A stretch of 63,815 nt of DNA, counting the filler, from Phoronis australis (taxonomy: Eukaryota; Animalia; Phoronida), in NCBI GenBank assembly GCA_002633005.1. It is 10 parts of 10 records of this genome, joined end to end, with 100 filler letters (N's around TTAATTAATTAA, not from the genome) between each part and the next. Parts side by side here need not be neighbours in the genome. Positions count along the whole stretch, not along the records: positions 44,916 to 62,627 come from NMRA01000361.1; positions 62,728 to 63,815 come from NMRA01003942.1; 8 more parts are not named here. One strand, 5' to 3'. Below the pieces are notes generated by a model that was not told the DNA's origin, ran no database searches, and was given only the letters and a program-made list of their open reading frames with translations. The position numbers were made by a program, and so were the translations under genes. Below, piece by piece: positions 62,577 to 63,815 of this stretch. The stretch's first letter is position 1, and the number at the start of each line of letters is the position of its first letter.

Positions 62577-63815
62577 CCACTTGTAGGCAAAGATATAACT
62601 TATGATAAGATCAGGTGCAAGCGTAGCNNNNNNNNNNNNNNNNNNNNNNNNNNNNNNNNNNNNNNNNNNNNTTAATTAATTAANNNNNNNNNNNNNNNNN
62701 NNNNNNNNNNNNNNNNNNNNNNNNNNNGAAGCATATAGTGGTATACAATTGCGCTAGTAATTTTATGTCAATTGAAACAACAACGGGTTTAAAACGGCCT
62801 GACATGTTACGGTGTCGCTTATTGAAGCACCATCATCAGAAGAAGAGAAAACATAGTGGCCGCCTAGCTATTGTCACTCCCTCTAACTGTGTCTGTGTTT
62901 ACTTTCATCGCTTGTTGATGGTCTTGGGCCTAGCTAGGTGGTCACTATGTTTTCTCTTGAACTTCAATTTACAGCACAGTAAAGCCATTCTTTCTAGTCT
63001 GAACACGTTTAGTCAACCCATAATCATCATCACATTCCTTTGACCAGAACAAACTGTAAACATTTGGTGTCTGACGATGGCTTTAGAACCAATAAGCCGA
63101 AATATTTGGCAGGTTTCACGCGACTTTTTCTTTTGAACAGATTCTTGCGAAACTGAATTATTTGCGCGTGATCATGCTCAGTGTTCCTACACATGTAAAA
63201 ACTGAAATACATTTTCTTTGTATGTGGGAGTCAACGTTTCTTAGTAGGTCCAGTGTCTGTCTCTTGTTCACAAGGTGTTAGGTTTGAATACCAATGGAGC
63301 CCACTGTTAGACCCTTGGGTTACGTCTGTAGCTCCACAGTTCGGCCTTAATTTGCCTTCATATGTCTGTATGATTGTATTATATGTGTAAACAAAGAGTG
63401 GATTCAAGTGTCGAACGGCCTGGGCACCTCTGTTGCAACGTGTATCACACCGCTTGTACTGTTTGTACTAGACATGATTGGCAACAAAAAGGTTGAACCT
63501 GGTGAAAACAGAAATTATTGAAGATTTGTCTGTTAATTTGATTGTGTATAGCGGATTGTTTACGTAAAACGTCATTTTCAAAGATATCACTGTCTCTTTT
63601 GTTCTAATTTGGCAACTAAATTACTATTAAATGTATCAACAACCCCATGTTTTTATTCAAAGACAATGAATCATGATTTCATAACAAATATTGATTAAAT
63701 AATTAGTACATGATGTTTATTAGTTTGGTTCAGGGATCAAAGCACTCGGAGAGCAAATCAGGCCTGTACGAAGGCAAAATTATTGGGGGGGCACAAATCA
63801 TTTCGACGTCGCCAA

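Overview
AT-rich, intron-rich eukaryotic genomic DNA, most likely from a marine invertebrate (species not determinable from the sequence). Nine artificial 100-nt gap linkers (N44-TTAATTAATTAA-N44) break contiguity. The right third holds two complete spliced genes head-to-head: a 3-exon C8orf82/UPF0598 homologue (- strand, 216 aa) and a 17-exon katanin p80 gene KATNB1 (+ strand, 625 aa). A fragmentary, damaged argininosuccinate synthase copy lies at 39.6-43.8 kb. On the - strand there are also three isolated exons: the first exon of a secreted CAP/SCP protein, a Thr/Ser-rich terminal exon with a GPI-like tail, and a signal-peptide exon. The rest is mostly transposon-derived. This includes two adjacent TTAA-flanked Kolobok-type elements that keep convergent THAP and KolX-like gene stubs, several MITEs (5-, 8- and 9-bp TSDs), a full-length tRNA-derived SINE with a 15-bp TSD, LINE relics, Helentron-like repeats and minisatellites. 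No CRISPR or prokaryotic system is present, and I found no clearly new biological system. All gene models were assembled by hand from GT-AG sites and recalled family motifs; no database searches were run.
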